Source: an uncultured bacterium (GTDB lineage: Bacteria > Cyanobacteriota > Cyanobacteriia > Cyanobacteriales > Coleofasciculaceae). From it: DNA of 9,975 bases. The position numbers and the translations under genes were made by a program. The notes under the pieces were generated by a model. It saw only the letters and a list, made by a program, of their open reading frames with translations, did no database searches and was not told the origin of the DNA. The stretch covers positions 1-9,975 of the forward strand of contig CBKWLJ010000352.1 in NCBI GenBank assembly GCA_966675205.1, in the 5' to 3' direction. Positions 6,168 through 9,975 of the stretch are shown here, one piece after another; the first letter of the stretch is position 1; each line of letters opens with the position of its first letter.

Positions 6168-7685
6168 TTGCAGAGAGGAAATCGGTTATGTTCCATTTCT
6201 GGTATGGGTGGCGTTGGCAAAACTGAATTAGCAATTCAGTATGGACGACAACATGAAGCCGATTACCCTGGTGGAAGTTACTGGTTCAGTGCAAGAGAAT
6301 CCAATCTGGAGGCTCAGATTGTGCAGTTTTTCCTGCTTAACATGGAGCAGGAAGTGTTAGATAAGTTTAAAAAGATACGCCCTGAACTCAATGTTCAGAA
6401 ACAAGTAGAGTGGTGTTGGCAGCACTGGCAACCACCTGAAGGGTTGGTATTGGTCGTGTTGGATGATGTTACAGATTTAGGAAGTTTTCGTTCAGTTCTA
6501 CCAACCGCTAACCGTTTTCAAGTTTTAGTAACAACGCGGCTGCGACGGCTGGACACCAATTTTTTTGAACTCCCTTTGAATGTACTCTCACAGGAGAAAG
6601 CTTTAGAACTTTTAGCCGCCCTAGAGGGTGAGGGACGAGTGAAATGTGAATATGAGATAGCTAAAGAATTGTGTGAATGGCTGGGTTATCTGCCATTGGG
6701 TTTGGAATTAGTCGGACGGTATTTGGCAGAAGACCCCGATTTATCTTTGGCGGAGATGTTAGAACGGCTGGAAGTACAGCGACTGCAAGATGAGGCGCTA
6801 GATCTTTCGGAGCAGCAAATGCAGCAAACTTTTAGCACAGCCCCTCGTGGCGTGAGAGCGGCATTTGAATTAAGCTGGCGAGAACTTGCTCCAGTTAGTC
6901 AGCTTGTTGGGCAGTTATTGAGCTGGTTTAAACCAACTGTAATTCCCTGGGAACTAGTAACTGTACTCAGTAAGACACAGTCCCTAAATTGGACAAAGAC
7001 AGATATTGACCTAGCTAAAAAGCAGCTCTACAAGCTTTATTTAATTCAGAGGCTTGAAGAAAGAAAAGCTTGCTATGAGATTCATCCATTAATTCGAGAG
7101 TTTTTACAATACAAGTTTGCAGCTTCAGAGCAAACTGATGATCTAAAAGCAACTTTTTTAATAGCAATAAAAGCATATTATCGAAAACTAGCCTATGAAA
7201 TCCTAGAACAAAACCTAAATGAGATAGAAGAAAGAGTCGCTGAAGAGTTTGGACAGTTAGAATTTTCCGAGAGATGGCGTCACCCGCGAGAAATGGATAG
7301 ACTAGTCGATCTTGACGAGATAAGTGTAACAGTAGATTCTGTGAAAACTATCAAAAAGTCTATATTAGATATTGATAATATTGATGATGAACATAGTCAA
7401 TTTAAGTATGAACTAGGTTTAGAAATAGTTTTTACTCCAGAAGGTAGCTATCCTGATCTAGATATGTGTTATCCCGATGATGGAGAATTGGTTTTTCTAA
7501 ATACAATTACAGAAGCTGGAGAGCAGCAGACCGGAATTGCCACAGCAAAAGTAGACATTGTCTTTGATCCCAAAGATCCACTTGATATAAACGAAGTCGA
7601 AGTCGAAGGCGTCGAATTAGTAGACGCACCTACTGAAGTCGAAATAGAACCTGTTGAAGTCAACATAAGTTTTGACTTTGAATGA
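6168..7685 (+). CDS. NB-ARC-type STAND NTPase with an unrecognised acidic C-terminal domain
   Basis: Motifs: P-loop GMGGVGKT (6201-6224), Walker B LVLVVLDDV, VLVTTR, GYLPLGLELVG (GLPL-type) and EIHPLIREF (MHD-like position). The frame is actually open from 6057, and codons 6057-6167 encode the conserved pre-P-loop FVGRTDELKILHHE. The TTG at 6168 is therefore only the ORF-finder's start. Residues ~316-505 (7113-7682) contain no TPR/WD40 repeats. Confidence 0.85.
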   Translation: MQRGNRLCSISGMGGVGKTELAIQYGRQHEADYPGGSYWFSARESNLEAQIVQFFLLNMEQEVLDKFKKIRPELNVQKQVEWCWQHWQPPEGLVLVVLDDVTDLGSFRSVLPTANRFQVLVTTRLRRLDTNFFELPLNVLSQEKALELLAALEGEGRVKCEYEIAKELCEWLGYLPLGLELVGRYLAEDPDLSLAEMLERLEVQRLQDEALDLSEQQMQQTFSTAPRGVRAAFELSWRELAPVSQLVGQLLSWFKPTVIPWELVTVLSKTQSLNWTKTDIDLAKKQLYKLYLIQRLEERKACYEIHPLIREFLQYKFAASEQTDDLKATFLIAIKAYYRKLAYEILEQNLNEIEERVAEEFGQLEFSERWRHPREMDRLVDLDEISVTVDSVKTIKKSILDIDNIDDEHSQFKYELGLEIVFTPEGSYPDLDMCYPDDGELVFLNTITEAGEQQTGIATAKVDIVFDPKDPLDINEVEVEGVELVDAPTEVEIEPVEVNISFDFE

Positions 7686-7691
7686 GCTCAC

Positions 7692-7803
7692 CCCCTATTC
7701 CTTTTTCTCCTGCATCTATTACGGTAAGCTGTAGCCCAGCTTCTACTGATCATTGCGGAATTCTTTCAGATACTACTGGCACAACCAAAGAGCGATCGCA
7801 CTC
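7692..7803 (-). repeat. Leader-element copy C (full length, orphan)
   Basis: It shares a 23-nt identical run with copy B (TGGCACAACCAAAGAGCGATCGC, 7777-7799 versus 8990-9012). A second ungapped block has 38/49 identities by hand alignment (minus strand TTCCGCAATG...TAGATGC). It is followed by AGGAATA-N4-GTG (GTG at 7691-7689), but only a 24-codon ORF. Confidence 0.55.
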
Positions 7804-7830
7804 ACCAATGAGCAGTCAAATCGCAAAAAC

Positions 7831-8202
7831 TTAAAGTTTACCCTCTTGCAAAACGCCAATCTTGGGTAACTCCTTCCACTCCGGCTCAATCGGTGAGTAG
7901 CGGCAATAACACACAACAATCTCGTCATACTCAGCCGACTCAACCGACTTGAACCGCTCAACTCGGCTCACTTCCCAGTCAGACCAACGCACATGAGTGC
8001 TAGCATCCGGGAAGTTTGGATCGACGGACGCTTCGAATCGGGCAAACTCACGCGGACGGTAGCCTAGTTCTGGCAACGCCTTATCAGAACAATCCAAATA
8101 CTCAGCCAGCATCCGGGTTAAGTGTCCAGCAGGCTGCAACTTGCGCTCTTTCCACCCCTTCGATGAAGCTGATTCAGTTTTGAAGACAATCCATCTGTTC
8201 AC
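7831..8202 (-). CDS. Hypothetical protein, 123 aa, no family recognised
   Basis: GTG start at 8200-8202, preceded by GGAGG (8211-8215) with 8-nt spacing. No internal stops. The sampled window is GC-rich (33/60 G+C at 7981-8040). The sequence is globular-looking (WSDWEVSRVERF...YDEIVVCYCRYSPIEPEW). Stop TAA at 7831-7833. Confidence 0.6.
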   Translation of the reverse strand: MNRWIVFKTESASSKGWKERKLQPAGHLTRMLAEYLDCSDKALPELGYRPREFARFEASVDPNFPDASTHVRWSDWEVSRVERFKSVESAEYDEIVVCYCRYSPIEPEWKELPKIGVLQEGKL

Positions 8203-8296
8203 AAGTTATTCCTCCCTCTCGTGTTTGGGTTCGTAGGGACTAGCTGGGAACTGAGTTTCAGATGCCATTGGCACGATCAAAAGGAGATCGCCTCTC
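8203..8296 (-). repeat. Leader-element copy A (between Uma2 and the 123-aa ORF)
   Basis: The core at 8247-8296 aligns with copy B at 8968-9016 at about 40/48 identities by hand. It contains the TGCCA-T-TGGCA palindrome (8263-8273) and a degenerate HIP1 (GAGATCGC). Its proximal part (GTGTTTGGGTTC on the plus strand, 8221-8232) is shared with copy D (5499-5510). Its distal end overlaps the Uma2 stop codon by 2 nt. Confidence 0.55.
8211..8215 (-). promoter_or_regulatory. Shine-Dalgarno GGAGG for the 123-aa ORF
   Basis: The minus strand reads GAGAGGGAGGAATAACTT-GTG, with 8 nt between GGAGG and the GTG start. Confidence 0.5.
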
Positions 8297-8906
8297 ATTG
8301 ATTTTCTTCAACGCTAGGAATTGCCCCAGCCCAAATAATCTGCTCGACTGTCAGGGTCAACTCTGGGAAAATGCCTGAAACAATCTGCTCAGTACCAGCG
8401 AACTCTGTACCTTCATACAGTTCCTCAACCAGGGTGAAAATCGTCACCTTTGATGTCAGTGGGTCAACGACCCAGTATTCAGGAATGTTTAAAACGTTGT
8501 ACTCAACGCGCTTAGCGCGATAATCTGCTGTCTTTGTTGATTCGCTAACGACTTCTATCACTAAAATCGGAGGGGGTTCGTTGAGTTCGATAACAGCCTC
8601 GCGGGTTCTCAACTCGTGCCACTGCTGGGTAGGGATAACGGTCAAATCGGGAATGCGAGAAGTATCCCACTTGCCAGCACGAGGAGAACGTACACCAATC
8701 GCCACAGGTCTAACAATCCAGTCGCGTCCGCTACGCCCAATCTCAACATCGATTTGCCGATAGAGAAAATCAATGATTTCTCCATGTTGCCCAGTGCCAA
8801 TGCTCATTGCCACTAATTCCCCGTTCACCAACTCATAGCGGGTATCAGTCCCGTCTGAGTAGGTCAGATACTCTTCAAAGGTTAGCTTCTTAGTCGTTAC
8901 AGTCAT
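8295..8906 (-). CDS. Uma2 family endonuclease (DUF820)
   Basis: LTFEEYLTY...YELVNGELVAMS, IPDLTVI, PPILVIEVVSESTKTADYRAKRVEYNVLNIPEYWVVDP: the canonical Uma2/DUF820 blocks. ATG at 8904-8906. The protein is not closely similar to the Uma2 at 4419-4961. Confidence 0.85.
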   Translation of the reverse strand: MTVTTKKLTFEEYLTYSDGTDTRYELVNGELVAMSIGTGQHGEIIDFLYRQIDVEIGRSGRDWIVRPVAIGVRSPRAGKWDTSRIPDLTVIPTQQWHELRTREAVIELNEPPPILVIEVVSESTKTADYRAKRVEYNVLNIPEYWVVDPLTSKVTIFTLVEELYEGTEFAGTEQIVSGIFPELTLTVEQIIWAGAIPSVEENQ

Positions 8907-9016
8907 GATCGCCCCCTTCGGAGCATCTAGTTCGGTAGGCTGTAACCCAACTTTAGCAGAGCATTACGGAACTGGGTTTCAGATGCCGTTGGCACAACCA
9001 AAGAGCGATCGCCTTC
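8907..9016 (-). repeat. Leader-element copy B (upstream of the second Uma2 gene)
   Basis: The minus strand reads GAAGGCGATCGCTCTTTGGTTGTGCCAACGGCATCTGAAACCCAGTTCCGTAATG...CTAGATGCTCCGAAGGGGGCGATC, then ATG. It is homologous to copies A and C along its length. Confidence 0.55.
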
Positions 9017-9093
9017 TATCCTCTATATGAGGAAGGATGTGGACTCAGTAGCCACATCTTTAAAGTAAAAAAAGTAACACATACTCACCACTC

Positions 9094-9975
9094 ATGCCAG
9101 AAGGACCAGAAGTCAGACGGTTTGCCGATGCCTTAAATCAGGCACTTGATGGTAAACCCATTGTGTCACTCTTGGCACGGACAAAGTCAGCAAAAGTTTG
9201 GGAAAAAGAGCATCCAGGTGTTTTACTCAACAAGCGTATCGAACGAGTCCTCTCGCACGGCAAACACCTAGTTGGCTTAATTGAAGGTAATTACTACTTC
9301 CACTCTCACCTGATGATGTGGGGAAGTTGGGCAGTTTTAGACAATCCACCCGAAGAAATAGATCGCCGCGAGCGATCGCGTATTGTCGTACCTGATGCCT
9401 GCGCCATTCTCTACTCTGCACCAATCTTCAATCTAGGCGCAGGCAATCCCTTTGAAATCATCGAAAACTTACGCACTCTCGGTACAGATATCCTACCCTA
9501 TCCAGACGAAAAGCCCTTCGATGCACCTGTGTTTCTTCAAAAGCTGGTGACACCTGAAAATAGCCAGCGCACTATTGGTGCTGCCCTACTCGATCAACAG
9601 ATTCTCGCCGGAATTGGAAACTACCTGAGAGCCGAAATTCTATTTAATTGTCGCCTCGATCCGTGGCGAAAAGTTGCCGATTTGACAGCAGAGGAACTAG
9701 AACGCCTAATTCATTCAATTCCCTTAATGGCTCAACGCGCTTACACTACAGGCGGATTCACCGTCTCAGATGAAGCGCGTACACGTCTTATTAATGACTC
9801 ATCCCTCGTCTACACACATGGAAGCGAGTACGGCACAAGACACTACGTTTTTCGCCGCACCAACCTGCCTTGTTTAGACTGTGGCAGCACAATCCGTCAA
9901 CTTCGTCAAGTTACCCAATCCGATGAAGAAGGCGAGAAAACCCGAATTATTTACTTTTGCCCTACCTGCCAGGGA
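9094..9975 (+). CDS. Fpg/Nei-family DNA glycosylase/AP lyase (Nei-like N-terminus), 3' end beyond the window
   Basis: Not in the ORF track because there is no stop before the window edge. I translated 294 codons from the ATG at 9094 and found no stop. Features: MPEGPEVRR (catalytic Pro2/Glu3), the H2TH block LLDQQILAGIGNYLRAEILFNCRLDP, and a C-terminal zinc finger C-LD-C...FCPTC. Confidence 0.85.
   Translation, partial: MPEGPEVRRFADALNQALDGKPIVSLLARTKSAKVWEKEHPGVLLNKRIERVLSHGKHLVGLIEGNYYFHSHLMMWGSWAVLDNPPEEIDRRERSRIVVPDACAILYSAPIFNLGAGNPFEIIENLRTLGTDILPYPDEKPFDAPVFLQKLVTPENSQRTIGAALLDQQILAGIGNYLRAEILFNCRLDPWRKVADLTAEELERLIHSIPLMAQRAYTTGGFTVSDEARTRLINDSSLVYTHGSEYGTRHYVFRRTNLPCLDCGSTIRQLRQVTQSDEEGEKTRIIYFCPTCQG

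Noticed and set aside
5547-7700. Invertible-switch idea: flipping the STAND gene would place its ATG behind orphan leader C
   Set aside because: The only inverted match I could find at the two ends is GAATAG/CTATTC (6 nt), which is at chance level. No recombinase is nearby.
7469-7961. Track ORFs 7469..7666(-) and 7773..7961(-)
   Set aside because: The first is antisense to the acidic STAND tail (an S/T-rich mirror of the GAAGTC repeats). The second is an alternate frame of the 123-aa ORF that runs across leader C.
8581-8816. Track ORFs 8581..8763(+) and 8616..8816(+)
   Set aside because: These are antisense shadows inside the second Uma2 gene.
4419-8906. The two Uma2 genes as terminal inverted arms of a composite transposon
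   Set aside because: The genes are convergent, but the proteins are clearly different paralogues with no nucleotide-level repeat. There is no transposase, and Uma2 genes are highly multicopy in cyanobacteria, so the bracketing may be coincidental.
9036-9058. Hairpin GATGTGG-N9-CCACATC upstream of the nei-like gene
   Set aside because: It is followed only by TTT and has no upstream co-oriented gene to terminate. It could be a 5'-UTR structure, but nothing else supports a function.
2051-9379. Eight perfect GCGATCGC palindromes
   Set aside because: This is the genome-wide HIP1 repeat of cyanobacteria. It is useful as a taxonomic hint, and it forms the first box of the leader element, but it is not a local signal by itself.
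9227-9424. 65-aa minus-strand ORF
   Set aside because: It is antisense inside the Fpg/Nei-family CDS.

Overview
The window looks cyanobacterial. It has eight perfect HIP1 octamers (GCGATCGC at 2051, 3586, 4964, 5533, 5682, 7792, 9005, 9372), a DUF1830-type gene and two Uma2/DUF820 genes. Positions 1-4100 are ordinary. They hold a DUF1830 protein, a minus-strand ArnE-like flippase/GT39 glycosyltransferase operon, and a divergent CDP-alcohol phosphatidyltransferase followed by an ABM-domain protein. The right edge (9094 to the window end) is a Nei/Fpg-family DNA glycosylase; it is missing from the ORF track only because it has no stop inside the window. The interesting part is the mosaic accessory stretch at 4419-9016. 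In order it holds a Uma2 nuclease, an unlisted HNH-endonuclease C-terminal remnant, an antitoxin-like ORF and an NB-ARC/STAND NTPase, followed by a GC-rich 123-aa orphan and a second Uma2 nuclease. The STAND frame is cut by one in-frame TGA, which separates it from its N-terminal helical, Q/N/G-tailed module. Its C-terminus is an AT-rich, very acidic, unrecognisable domain rather than TPR/WD40 repeats. Four same-orientation copies of a 65-112 nt leader-like repeat precede the unrelated minus-strand genes. One copy is orphaned and points antisense into the 3' end of the STAND gene. I saw no rRNA, tRNA, CRISPR array, transposase or integrase. All family calls come from remembered motifs, not searches.
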